64,000 nucleotides of DNA from the human T2T-CHM13v2.0 reference genome, Homo sapiens: NCBI RefSeq assembly GCF_009914755.1, contig NC_060927.1, one strand, 5' to 3'. Positions 13,899 to 33,327 of the stretch are shown here, in pieces. Position numbers and translations under genes: made by a program. The notes under the pieces were generated by a model that made no database searches, had not been told where the DNA came from, and saw nothing but the letters and a program-made list of their open reading frames with translations. Position 1 is the stretch's first letter, and each line of letters begins with the position of its first letter.

Positions 13899-14229
13899 AT
13901 GAGACTTGTATATAGCTTTATGCTATTAAATGAGTATAGCATAAGTTTTATGCCTCAATTAGCATCTTTGAAGCTCTCTGTTCGTCTCCCCTCTAGTGGG
14001 TAGATCCTTTCTCTATTGCATACTTTTATGTCAGTGTGGTTTAATTTCAGCTAAATCCTACAGAAGCATATTGAATACTCACTGTGTGCTACAGCCACGA
14101 AGATGAACATGACATTGCCTTGCCTCAAAAATACTTAATATTTAGCAGGCCATTAAATATTATATATTCAAGGAATACTTCAAAGCAGATTCAAAAACTA
14201 TAGCAATTCATCAAGAGGGAGCCTCTTCC

Positions 14230-19190
<4,961 letters not shown>

Positions 19191-19610
19191 ATATAAGCAT
19201 AGCCGTAAAATGTATGAATTTTATTATATGTAGGCAGTATTTTTAAAAGAATATGAGAGATTACACCTTGCTCAGAGGGTCAAGAGAGTTTTCATTCACA
19301 GTTGATGTACAAGATAAGGCTTCAATGATGGATAAAATGTTTATTGTGCTCCCGGAGGTAAAAAAAATTCCAATACAGAAAATCAAAATATTTCACACCA
19401 AAATACACTTCTTTGGCATATTTTGAGATTGCGGTTCAGAGGGCCTGCAAAGAGAAATAACCTGGAAAGCTGTCTTTTGTGGGTGAGATTTGCATCTGTA
19501 GCACAAATCGGCATCTGAGGCAGCCAGGATTTCTCTGAGACCTTCCGTTGGCTGAATTTAGGGAAAATTAACAGAGAGTCTGACACCTTTAAAAGTCTGA
19601 AAGAAATATT

Positions 19611-20409
<799 letters not shown>

Positions 20410-20949
20410 CTATTCTCTCTGAGGGCTGCTACCTGTGAGGTTTCATCTACAGGACAAGGCTGTCTTTGCTTGCCAGGCCTCATCTTTCTCCAACTCCCAT
20501 AACCTGTTTACCAGCAGAACCTATTTGGCTACAGTCCAAGCCTCTATTCTTTCTATAACCTCAAGATGATAAATAAGCTTCTGAACCCCATGGGAAGGTT
20601 GAGGGAATTATTCTGTGGCTCTCCTCCATGTACACAGTCTCACATATTTATGCCTTTTTTTTTTCAGTTAATCTCCTTTTGTGAGCTGGTTTTTCAATAA
20701 ACCTCAGAGAGGAAAAAAAAAAAAAAAGTTTTGTGTCCCCTTTGGCCCCTACACCCATTGTAGTGACTGCACTACTTAGCACAGCATCTAATTGATATAA
20801 AAACATCAGAAATATTTATAAAGGAAAGATAGGAAAAGGAAAAGAATAGAGAGAGATAAGCCATGATCAAAAGAGGAGAGAAAGTTCAAGATGGACAATT
20901 TGTTTCAAGTTCCCAGGTCTCTGAAAAAAAGGAGTACTTGATTTGTGAA

Positions 20950-21300
20950 AGCATTTGGATTTTATTTAGACTATAATATAAATGTAGAGTGAAGTTTTCT
21001 CGTTTATGTTTTAAGATTATTCTGGCAGCTGGGTAAATTGTGTATATAAAGGGGGACAAAATGGACACAGGAAGAAAGAGTAGGAGGAGAATATTATCAC
21101 AGTGTACATGAGAGATGTTTGGAATAGGATGGTAGCTCTGCAAATAAACAAGTGAAGAGCTATATTTTGGAAACAGATCTACAAGATTTGCTGGACTAGT
21201 GGTAAAGGAAAAGAATGAAAAAAAGGATGATACCAATACAAATCACTTGAGCAAATAGGTAAGTGGTGATGCCCTCTCCTTAGACGGAGAAAATTTTACT
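20950..21300 (-). mobile_element. L2 fragment
   Basis: ttttaagattattctggcagctg...tatattttggaaacagatctacaagatttgctg resembles reverse-strand L2. Confidence 0.6.
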
Positions 21301-23149
21301 AAAGAAGGTAACCTTATGAATTTTTAACATTTTATAATTGTCCCCTTTAGTATATATAATTTGACTTTTCACCATTCAATTTTTGTGACCTTATTTTATA
21401 TAAAGGCAGACAAAGATTTATACTTAAAGATGATTTGCTCTATCACACTTCACAATCGGGTACTGAATTTTAATATTCCAAGCAGCAAGTTTCTTAAACA
21501 TGAGATTTCTGATATCAAAATATAAGAGTGTTCTGGAAAAGATGTACTTTCATTAAGCATTGGGATACAAAGTTTAAGATAAATATGTTAGACAAGATGC
21601 CTAAGAGTTTTACAATGCTACATAAGCAACGATTGGCCAGCTCTGATTCCATTTTCCTAATTTCTCCAGAATCCTGACAAAAACACAGTCTGAGGGAAAA
21701 ACGAATCACTTTTCAGCTGGTTTCTTGTGGTGATGTCTTGTCTGTCATGAATCACTTCATTAAAATTAAACCACTTATTGTTGTGAGAATTAAGATGACT
21801 TGAAATTAAAATTAAGCTCCATGGATGAAAAATTTTCTATGGCTTATATTTATGGGCACTGGAAATCTTGGGAGCTTGCAAGTCCACAAGATACTACAGA
21901 ATTAAAACCAACAAAAACATCTCTGAAGTGACTGCCCAGATTTAAGGCTATGTGGTTGAAAGAAAATCTAAGGCAACTGGATCTTCATAATTCATTAAAG
22001 TCCAGGAAGAAGGGCTCAGAGCCTACTCCCTGCCCAAACCACACCTGCCTTTGTAGCTGACAAGCATCACCACCAGGAGGTGAATCTGTGGGTACCATGC
22101 TAAAACCGGAAGGGAATTCTCCAGAGCACGATGAGGACATTTTGCTTCAAAAACGTATGTTTTAATACTAAAATTTGATGTCCAAGAACTTCTTAGTATG
22201 TTAATACTATCATTCAAGCAAGGAAAGAAACAAGTAGAGAGATGGAAGTAGACAGATGGAAGCAGGCACTTACTTCAAACTCCTGAGTGGACACATAGAT
22301 GTTTTGTAAATTTTTGTTTAGTGATGTATTCATTGAACAAAAAGCATTTAAAAGAGGATGGAAAAGATATGATTCCATGTCTTGAAATAGCTCACTTTAC
22401 CAGAATATTTACAAATGATACTATACGCTATATATGTGACATGTAAGCATTATTAGCCTACTTTAAAACTACAAAGTCATCCTTTTATTAATTATTTGTA
22501 ACACTCTTCTGTGGCTTTTTAATTTTTTTGCATTTACGTTTGCACATTATGTCATTATTGGTTACTACAAACTGTAAAGCTCTCTGATAAGGGGTTTAAT
22601 TTTTTTTAAAAAAAACACATGATTTCAAAAACTAATCAATTACAATTTGAAATGGGTTTTGAAATAATTTGGTTTCAAGGTAAGCTATTGTTTTCCCTGG
22701 TGCCATCTGTAAATATTTATAAAATAAATTAGTTCCTTAATAAGCCCTCTGGTTCACTCCCTGACATCATTGCTACCCCAGTTGTACTGAAGAATATACC
22801 TTTCAATCCATTTTGAAAGCACTTGTTTACATGATATAATGCACTCAATTTTTCCATATGTCATTATTAAACACCCACTTCATGTCAGGCACCATATTAG
22901 GCTTTTAGAAAGAGAATATTAATAATAACTCAGTTTAAGTTATTCATTAAAGATGTGTCCAAATGATTTCTAGGCAATATTTTGTTGGTTAATTGTTAAC
23001 ATAATACTTTTGGTAATAATAAATTTGTATACATTTTGTAATCATTTAAAATTTTTACTTAAAAATGAAATGATGAGTATATCTGATAGTTCTTGCCTCT
23101 GGTCAGGACTTTTCAATTCATCTTAAACTCCAGACCTTTCTATGCACAA

Positions 23150-23555
23150 CCTTTGATAATGTACAAATACAGCACCTACTCTCAGCTCAACCTAGAATTT
23201 CTCATCTTCTGTTCTTGGGCATCTCTGACTCAGCATCAAGCAGTCATGCAAATGCAATGCAAACAATGAGGAAGTTAATACCCCATGGAGCAATTGTGAA
23301 TAAATGTGCCAATCTTTTGTTCCTTGGGTAGGTTTTGTGAGATGACTCCACAGAAAGCCCCAGCCTAATCAGCCCCAGATGCCCTTGCAAGGACAGCTTA
23401 GTATTTATTGAACCTTGCATGGCCTTGTCCTCCATCCTCGTTTCCCTCATCCCAGCGTCACTCTCTCCTGACTCGGGATGATTTCTCAAAATAAACTATC
23501 TCCATGTAAGCCTGTGTCACAGGCCCTGCTTTCATAGGGGAAGCCAGGGTAGGAA
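23150..23555 (+). mobile_element. LTR16-family (ERVL) LTR remnant
   Basis: ggaagttaataccccatggagcaa, cagccccagatgccc, ctcaaaataaactatct...caggccctgcttt...gggggaagccag are LTR16-type motifs. Confidence 0.7.
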
Positions 23556-24599
23556 GTGAGTTTTCACAAAAGTCACAAATCCAGGTAGGCATGTGGCTGC
23601 AAATTCATACACCACTGCAAAAGTAGTTAAAAAAAAAATAAAAAGACTTCATTATTATATTCTGTTCACAACTTACCTAATAAGACCTACATTTCTTGCT
23701 TAGCATTAAAGATTTTTAATACTCTGTACCTCAACCCTGGCCCCTTCCACTCACAGTATGCAATCTTACTCCCTTTTTGTAAACTAACCGTACTTGCTAC
23801 TCAGCCAGGACCTCCAGCTAAAGGAAGGCCCCTTCTATCGCACCCACTGGTCAAGCATATCCTGCTTGGACATCTTTCTTCCCTGAACTCCCATTGCTTT
23901 CATAGCCTGCATTACCAAGTTTTTAAAAGATTGTATTGCCACAAAATCTTATCTAATAATATTGGGGATTTTTTTTTTTACTCTCTCCAATTATATTTTA
24001 GCAACTTGAAGACAGAGACACTAAATTTTGTTTTTACATTTCATAGCATAGAGAAAATTGCGGACACATAGTAGGTCTTTAATAAATGTACAGTGTTCAT
24101 GGATTCTCCCTTCAGTATACTTGACAGAATCTTAAAATCTATTATAATATCAAGATGCCAGGAAAGACAGCCTAGCTTTTCCCTGAGGTCAGACTCATCA
24201 CTCTGCTTTCAAGAATGATTAAGATTATGACCAAGTCTCACAGAAATTAGCATGCACACATGCACACAGGCACGCAAAAAGTAACTGCTAAACTTCTGCT
24301 TCATATTAAAATATCCTTATTTTTTTCAAAGGAAATTTTCAGTATGAAGAAGTCTAATTATTAGAGAAATGTAGCATTTTAACTTTCTTGGCCAGTTTGG
24401 GGTGCAGAGAAGCCTAAATTAGCTGTGAGGAAATAATGCCCAGACAAGTTGTGATGCTGTTCTTGAACTTCCTTTCTGCAGTAAACAGAACTACAGTATG
24501 CCTTAGTTCAAGCCCGTCTCACTCCCTTTCTCAATTAGTATGTAAAATTGCCCAGGGTCTGTTCATTGGATAAAATGCAGTCTTCTTGTGGGGAGCTTC

Positions 24600-25020
24600 A
24601 AGGTCCTTCCTGATTTTCTCTCTGAATACTTCCTCAATCTAGTCCCATAAGCCTCTACCTTTCCCAGTCTTAAGTTCCAGTCATTTGGAATTAATTGAAA
24701 TTTTCTTTTAACATTGTTTTTAAACATTCTATTTCTGCTTTTTGAAATGTTTCTTCACTTGACTAACTTATTTTTGGTGTTCAACACTCAGTTTAGTTAC
24801 TATTTCCTTTAGGAAGATACCTCTGATGTTTCCACTCTAGTTTTATAATGTATTGTTTTCTGCCTATCACTATAATCCTATGCATCACCTTGAACTGCAT
24901 TTAGCTGTTTATCTGTATCTGTTTCATTAACCTCCAAGTTTCCTATGATCATAGATCAATTAATACTAGTATTAGTTCCTCAACATATAGTAAGAATTCA
25001 ATACATGTTTAAAGAATAAA
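24600..25020 (+). mobile_element. L2 3' fragment
   Basis: tttcctttaggaagatacctctg... ending atatagtaagaattcaatacatgtttaaagaataaa, an L2-like tail. Confidence 0.5.
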
Positions 25021-25419
25021 TTGACACTAAAGGAGATTGAAGTAAGAGTGGGTATGTGATTAGTGTTATGAAGGAAGTAGTGAAGCAAAGCTCTTAACTA
25101 TAAAAAGAAAACTGAAAAATTGGGACTAAAATGAATTGAGCAAAATAAAGAGAAACAGTGTGGGACTGAGATGGTCACATAAATCCATGACTAGTGATCC
25201 CCAAGCAGGGCTGACTGGGATGGCCTGTCAAGGAGCAAACGAGATCAGATCAGAGAGAACAGGAGAAAGAGCTCTGTACATGTGGCTTGCTGTACATGAT
25301 TTACAAAATGAAACTCTTCACACTGGTAAGCACCTCTTGCATATTAATTAACTAAATGATGACTAAATTTGCATTTGGGGGCTACAGCGACAGGTACAGA
25401 TGCTGTGTTCACCATTTAC

Positions 25420-25570
25420 TTTCTGTGTGTGTTTAATCGTTCTAAATCAGTTTCCTCACCTGCAATATGAGATGAGCAATATATCTGAGTTATAATGGGG
25501 ACTAATAATAGAGCATACAAGGATTTCAGGACAGATCCTAACACATCCTATTCAATAAATGGCAGCTACT
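25420..25570 (+). mobile_element. MIR fragment
   Basis: MIR core tcagtttcctcacctgcaatatgagatga and tail attcaataaatggcagctac. Confidence 0.6.
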
Positions 25571-27294
25571 GTTCTTAGTAGCAGTAGTAGTAGTTATTGC
25601 TTTCATTTTAGTGGTAGTAATAATAATCTTATCTGAAGAAGAGGAAAACCTCAAATTTTTTTGGTGGCAGCAGCAGAACTAGCTGGAGGTAAAAGTGAGA
25701 ATTCCTCTACTGAGAGTCTGTTATATACCCTCCATAGGCTCTGCAGAGGTCATTTCCTCTTTTACCAGATTTGCTACTGTCAACAGTCTGAGCTACTTGA
25801 AGCACATCAAATTAGGGAGGTATTCATTATTGTGTGACTAAGAAGATGCTTGAGCCATGGTTGTCTTCACTACAAGCATTCCAATAATTGAGCATCTTCT
25901 CACCCCTTTATTTCATGATCATTTTAAGGGCACCAGAAAAAATAAAAACAGAGAAGTCACAGTGAATTGGATACAGAAATATTGTTCATTCTTCTTCTAC
26001 CATGTTTTACACGTCTTTCTCAGGTGGCCTACTTGCCAGCAGCTTCGGATACCTCTAAATCCTGGAAGCTAGGCAAGTATATTTTCTAAAATGCCTGAGT
26101 AGCAAATTAATTTTAACAACACCTCCCATCTCTTCTTCTATGCAAGAGCATATGACTCAGAAACTACCCTCCCTCCTGCTGACTGCAATTCCTCTCTCAT
26201 TCCAGAATAAATAGACCAATTTAGTGTCGGTAACCACTCCATTTATGCTGGGATTGCCTAGTTAAAGAGACCTATGCTTGATATCTGTAGGGGTCCAGTT
26301 AGATATTACTAGAAAACAGGATATCTTTTTCAAGTTTGATCTGCTGCAAGGGTTTATACACAAAGTAAATATCGATTGCTTTGTCAGGATTTTGCTTGCA
26401 TCTCTCCTTTAATTCAAGTTTGAAGCAAAATATAATGATGAGACACAAGGCTACTGAACAATATTCAAATACCTCTCTGATGGCAAAACTCATTAAAAGC
26501 CACAGGGCTCTTGTGATGAGCCAGTGCTTTCCACATGACATCAAGACAATATGTGTATGACCTTCTCAAAAAACCTGCTGGAAATTACATCTTTTCAAAA
26601 AGCAGGGTCAGAACTATGAATCAGCCCATAGAATATGTATAAAAATCACCGGCATTTTGGTGAGCTAAGAAACAAGCTAACTGCCTGCAACAGCATCCAT
26701 TTAGTGACAAAGAAGAAAACACTAGATTTCTGTAGTGATCCATCTCTGTAACTTCTATAATCACCTAATAATCCTAACATCTAGCAAATTTCAGAAATAT
26801 AGAAGGAATACATTTTATCTTCAAACTTATATAGGATATTCCTACCACTTCACTACATTATTTTAGTAAACAGTAGGAATATTTTAAGATAAATTTTAAA
26901 AGGATACCTTCTCAGTAATGCAGTTGAAGATGGTATGTATCTTCACACTGAGAGAACACATTTTGGAACTATAATCACTACTGTACAAATTAGAGCCCAA
27001 AATAAGATAACATGTTATCAAAGGCCTATACTTATTACTCTATATAATTCATAACATAGTAGCTTTCAGGAAAATTACATGTTTCTATAAAAAAGCCAAG
27101 CCACAGTCTTTGGTTTAGATAATTCTTGTGAAGCTGCATCTTGTAAACCTAGGAATACGGAGTTTAAGAATGTCATACCTGTAAAATCAAATACTGTTCT
27201 TGATGCTATTGCCTATCCAGGATTTTAAATAATCCTCTTGTTCAAAATTTTGTTTATAGTAATAGATGTGTGTAGCAACACACTTTTTAAAAAA

Positions 27295-27616
<322 letters not shown>

Positions 27617-29003
27617 TATTTTTTTATTTTTCAATAATGTCAACGTTCATTTTAGAGTCAGGGGTACATGTGTGGGTTTTTACATGAGTACTTAGTGTGA
27701 TGCTGAGGTTTGGGATATAATTGAACTTGTCACTCAAAAATTGAGCATAGTACTCAATAGTTTTTCAACCCCTGTCCCCTCCACTCCTCCAGCCGTCCCC
27801 AGTGTCTACTGTTGCCATCTTTTCATCCGTAAGTACTCAATGTTTAGCTCTCACTTGTAAGAACGTGTTGTTTGGTTTTCTGTTCCTGCATTCATTTGCT
27901 TAGGATAATGGCCTTCAACTGCATACACGCAAAGAACATGATTTCATTCTTTTGTATGGCTGTATAGTATTCCATAGTGTATATGTACTGCATTTTCCTC
28001 ATGTAATCTAATCTCTATTTAATTAATCATTGATAGGTACCTGGGTTGATTCCACGTCTTTGCTATTGTGAATAGTCTTGCAATGAAGATATTAGTGTAT
28101 GTGTCTTTTTGGTAGAATAATTTATTTTCATTTGGATATATACACATTAATGGGATTACTGGATTGAATGGTAGTTCTGTTTTAATTTCCTTGAGAAATC
28201 TCCAAACTGCTTTATACAGTGACTGAACTAATTAACATTCCTACCAACAGTGTATAAGTGTTCCCTTTTCTCCACAGTTGTGCCAGCATCTGTTGTTTTA
28301 ACTTTCTTTATTAGAAATAAATAATGGTCATTTTTACTGATGTGATATCCCATTGGGTTTTGATTTACATTTCTCTCATGATTAGTGACTTTGAACATTT
28401 TTTCAAGTTTGTTGGCTTCTTTTGAGAAGTATCTGTTCATGTATTTTGCTGATGTTTTAATGGGGTTATTTGTTTTTGGTCTGGTGTCCAGGCTGGAGTG
28501 CACTGACATGATCTTGGCTCACCTCAACCTCAACCTCCCAGGTTCAAGTGATTTTCCCACCTCAGCCTCCTGAGCAGCTGGGACAACGATCAGATGGATG
28601 TAGGTGTGCAGCTTCATTTCTGAGTTCTCTATTCTGTTCCATTGGTCTATGTGTCTGTTTTTGTGCCAATACCAGGTGTTTTGTTTACTGTAGCCTTATA
28701 GTATAGTTTGAAGTTGTGTCATGTGAGGCTTCTGGCTTTGTTCTTTTTGCTTAGGACTGCTTTGGCTATGTGGGCTCTTTTTTGGCTCCATATTAATTTA
28801 GAATAGTGTTTTCTAGTTCTGTGAAAAATGCTATTGATAGCTTGATAGGAATATGGTTGAATTTGTAGATTGTTTTGGGCAGTATGGTCATTTTAACAAT
28901 ATTGATTCTTCAATCCTTGAGCACAGAACGTTTTTCCATTTGTGTCACCTATTATTTCTTTAAGCAGTGTTTTATAGTTCTCTTTGTATAGGTCTTTCAC
29001 CTC
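27617..29003 (-). mobile_element. L1PA15/16-like 3' fragment with internal deletion
   Basis: ggggtacatgtgtgggtttttacatgag...gatgctgaggtttgg (old L1PA 3' UTR) followed by ORF2 C-terminal sequence. Confidence 0.82.
28488..28586 (-). mobile_element. Alu right-arm fragment at an L1 deletion junction
   Basis: ccaggctggagtgcactg...cctcagcctcctgagcagctgggac, then abrupt return to L1 at gatcagatggatgtagg. Confidence 0.8.
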
Positions 29004-30617
29004 TCTGACAGAGAGTGACTTAGACAATTTTGGCTGCTATAACAAAGTCTACTTAGTTAGAAACAACTTTACATACATAAAATATCTATTCTTCAATGGT
29101 TCCTGTACATGGTTCCAAAACATACCCCAGGATTAAAATGAATTTTTCTCACATACATGCCAGTGTTTTTTCAAACCACTTTATGACATCCTACTACTTT
29201 TTTTTTTTTTTGCCACAGCAGTTCAGTTTGAGAGGTTCTGTGAGATGTCTTTGATATGGAAGAGTTACTAAAAAAGGAAACTTAGAGCTTAGAGAAACAG
29301 GAAATTTTGCTTCTAAACATTTAAGTATAGAAATAAACACAGCTATACATTGGTGAAGACAACATACTGTTAGTATCACAATGAGATGTGGCATTTGGAT
29401 TAAGTTGAAAGGAAAGTATTTCTAATTATACAACTGAATTACAGATGACAATTTGAACTGCTTAATGTAGTTTATAGATTAAAAAGTTCATAGTGACATT
29501 TTCCTTTTTCTTCTAGCCACCCTTTGATAACCCCTTTAATGGAATGTTGTGAGCCACAGGTTCAAAAGTAGTGAACGCTTAGGAGGCTTAACTTATCCTA
29601 ATGACCTTTCAATGCAAAGCAAAAGGTCAACAGTTAGTGTTACTTAGAGGCTGACAAAGAATGTTGCCTAAACCTGAATGACAAAGGCTTGCTATTGGAG
29701 GTCACCTCTTAATTGACTTTCCTGACATTAATGCTTGTTGTAAACCAGGAAACTCATTTTGAAGTTGCAGTCCTTTCTTCAAAGTCTTGCTTATTATAGA
29801 TAACATATTTGTCATATCGGTCACTGTTTACTCAGCCTTATGAGTGTTTTATAGAAACCATCAAATATTGCTCATTCTTTCACAAGTCACATATTAAGTA
29901 CAATTTCTTTAAACTCAATTGGGGTTTCAAGCTTTGTCTGTAATATGTACACGCATCTAATGAACTTTAGGTCTTTGGCATTCCTGGACATGTCTATTGT
30001 GTTAATACCCTTGGTGTGTTCATCATTTACAGAAGGCAAGGTGGAATGCAGACTGGACTGAGCAGACCAGTGTTACAGTGCCCACACTAACATACCTTAT
30101 TTTTTAACTTGGCATTGTTTAGATGCTACTCTTAAATTCAGGAGATGCCTAAAAGTTTATATGCGAGCCTAGTAGACAAGAGTCCTGTTTCTCAAACTTT
30201 CTAGGTCTCATTGTTCTAATTTATAAATTTAGGATTTTTGTAAGTGATCTATAACTCTAGTTATACCGATATTGTATTTCAAACATGTTTGTTCTGTTAC
30301 CTTTAGCTGAAATAGAACAATGTGAATATTCCATAGCCTCTGATTATTCATATTTTGTTGAATATCTGTTCTCTACCACTCCTCCAAATTTGGCAAACAT
30401 GTCTTTAAAGTACTTGAGACAATCCAAAGCATATTCATCAGTCTTTTCCTCCTAGATGTCTGTCCCTTATTCCTTATAGAGGAAATATGATCTCATAACC
30501 TCAAGTTTAAAGAACCATACAATATTAAGCTAGAAGAGACTTTAAAAAGTCATATACTCCAGCAGTGTTATTCATTGGCCACTCAAATCTGTTCCACTCT
30601 TCCCAAGAGGTCTGCTA

Positions 30618-30820
30618 GACCTGCATTGTACAATATGAAAACCATCATTTAAATTTAAATTTAAATTAATAAAAATTAGGTAAAATTAAACTTTACTTCT
30701 TCAGTTGTACTAGCCGCATTTCAAGTGCTCATAAGCTACATGTGGCTATCAGAGTCCATATTGCACAGCACAGAAATAAATTACTTCCACCATCACAGAA
30801 CGTTCTATTAGACAGTGATG
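30618..30820 (-). mobile_element. MER3 (hAT-Charlie) DNA transposon
   Basis: ctagccgcatttcaagtgctcataagctacatgtggcta and ccatcacagaacgttctattagacagtg match the MER3 reverse complement. Confidence 0.8.
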
Positions 30821-31698
30821 ATGTAAACTAAGCTTTAATACTTTCATTACATTAAGCCCACCACCTCCCAGGTACTTTGATACTTTTACAATACTATTTT
30901 GTTAAAATTTTTTTTCCATATTTGTAATCAAACTCTTGAAATATCTATCCATTTATTCTTAATTTTATTTTTTAAAATTAGCCTTCTAGTCACGCGCTCT
31001 TCTGCATTTCTATCCTTTCAGATATTTAAAGAAAATTGTCATGTGCCTCATTTTCTCTTTTTTGTGTCCTCCTATATAGCTATCTCCTGTATTTTAGGTG
31101 TATGATAGAATTTGCCCTGGAAACATTATTTTAAAATCACAAAGTTTTAGTTGCATTCTTAGTCACAAATTGACAAACTTAAGTCACAGATATGTAAATA
31201 CATAAACATTTACATAAAAAGAAATAAGAACTTTTCCTCCTAATCCTCCCACCCATCCCCAGTGCCAGGCATAGAGTAAGCAATCAGTAAATCCTAGCTG
31301 AATTAATGCATGAATAAACTTCACCATGTTGCTCTTAATATATTAATGCTTGTTCTTGATGTGTTATCTTCTCCATGTAGTAAATTAAAAACTCTTATTA
31401 TAAAAATAATATTCATCCTAGATAACCTGGTATATACATAAGAAAAAAAGATCAAAATACTACCATTTGAATGGGCAGTCAAATCTGTCACTTAGACATG
31501 ACTAATATTAATCCTTTTTTCCTATATAGGTTTTGTTTAACAAAGTTGAAATATGTATTTATGTTTTCTAAATTTATTCTTTCACAACATATTATGTGCA
31601 TTGTTTAATGTCATTGAAGAAGCTTCTATTTTTTATTAACTATATTATATTAGATTATTTTATATCAGTTTATTTTGGATCATTTAATATTTGCTTAA

Positions 31699-32075
31699 TG
31701 TTATGAACTGAAGGGTATACTCCCCAAAATTTTTAGGTTGAAGCCCTAACCCCTAATACCATAGAATGTGACAGTATTTGGGGGTAGGACTTTTAAAGAA
31801 ATAATTAAGTTAAAATGAGATTGTTAGGGTGCGTCTTGAATCCAATATGACTGATATTCTTATAAGAAGAGATTAGGACAGAGACAACACACAGGGCTAA
31901 CCATGTGAGAACACTGCAAGACAGCAGCCATCTGAAAGATGAGGAGAAAGGCCTGAGTAGAAAGCAGGCCTGCTGACACCTTCATCTTAGACTTCTAGCC
32001 TAGAGAACTGTGAGAAAATTAATTTGTATTTTTCAGCCACTCAGATTGTGATATTTTGTTATAACAGGAAAACTT
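31699..32075 (+). mobile_element. MLT1B-like MaLR solo LTR
   Basis: tgttatgaactgaa...gttgaagccctaacccc...aatccaatatgactg...tgctgacaccttcatcttagacttctagcct...gaactgtgagaaaat. Confidence 0.85.
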
Positions 32076-32652
32076 TATTTTCAAGTTTTTATTGTGATAA
32101 ATAAGACTGTAATTTCACAGAATTTTTGGCCCATCTCTGATTATTTTCTTGCACAAAATTTTTACAAAAAATAGTCTTTTAAAAATCTATGAAAAAGACT
32201 TTATATATACTTTTAAACTGTCTCTCGAAAAGTTGTACTTTGCAACATTTTCCTCAATTCAATAAGCAAAAAAATCACGTCACTCAGTGTATTTCATTTT
32301 GCATTTTAAAAAATTAAAGTGAAGTACAACTTTTGTAATGGCTATTGTCCTTTTTTGTGGTATTGTGATGAGTAAATTTTATAGTCTTAACTCACATGTT
32401 AAGTACATATTATTAGTTTTACATGTATTTAGACATATATATTTATATATGATATATGACCTCTGTCCTTTGGTTTTATCACTTAAAAGATTATTTTGGT
32501 GTGAATTTGCATGGTAGAGTCAGTTCATTTTCACTGTTGTATAATATTATTCTACATGACTATATCTTGATTATTTACCCATTATGATATAATGGATTTT
32601 TAAGTCATTTCTTTTTTATTTTTTTCACTAACAGCATAATTGCTACGAAGAT

Positions 32653-33327
32653 TGTTTTAATGCATTTTGAGCTGCTGTAATAGAATATTACAGACTGGTT
32701 ATGGTAGCAAGAAAATAAATTTACTGTCCTGGAGTCTGGAAATTTCAATATCAAGGTGTAGGTATCTGGCAAACGCCATCATACCTCATTATCCCATGGC
32801 AGAAGGTAAAAGGGCAAGTGAGGGCAAGAGTGAGAGACAGAGGGATGAACTCGATTTTTTTTTTTTTGAGATGGAGTTTCGCTCTTGTTGCCCAGTCTGG
32901 AGTGCAATGGCGTGATCTCAGCTCACTAGAACTCTCAGGTTCAAGTGATTCTCTGCCTCAGCCTCCCGAGTAGCTGAGATTACAGACATGCACCACCACA
33001 CCCAGCTAATTTTGTATTTTTAATAAAGACAGGTTTTTCTATGTTGATCAGGCTGGTCTCGAACTCCCAACCTCAGGCAATCAACCCGCCTCAGCCTCCC
33101 AAAGTGCTGGGATTACAGGCGTGAGCCACCACGCCCAGCCCTGAACTCAATTTTACAGCAACCCACTGTCATGATTTTATAAACCCACTTCAATGATAAC
33201 ATTAACCGATTCATGAAGGCAAAGTCCCCATGATCTAATCATCTCTTAATGATTCCACCTCTTAATACCATCACAATGATAATTAAATTTCAACATGAGT
33301 TTGGGAGAGGACATTTAACCTATAGCA
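32653..33327 (-). mobile_element. MSTC/MSTD-like MaLR solo LTR, interrupted by Alu
   Basis: gctgctgtaatagaata...atcccatggcagaagg...aaatttcaacatgagtttgggagaggacatttaacctatagca; near-TSD aagat (32648-32652) / aacat (33328-33332). Confidence 0.78.
32859..33140 (-). mobile_element. AluSq/Sx-like
   Basis: gagatggagtttcgctcttgttgccc...gagccaccacgcccagcc; TSD tgaactcRatttt at 32846-32858 and 33142-33154. Confidence 0.9.

Noticed and set aside
23671-23830. Minus-strand 141-nt pseudo-exon (ccttcctttag| ... TAG|GTAAGT)
   Set aside because: Early stop in the phase-0 frame, sequence looks like degraded L2, and there is no other support.
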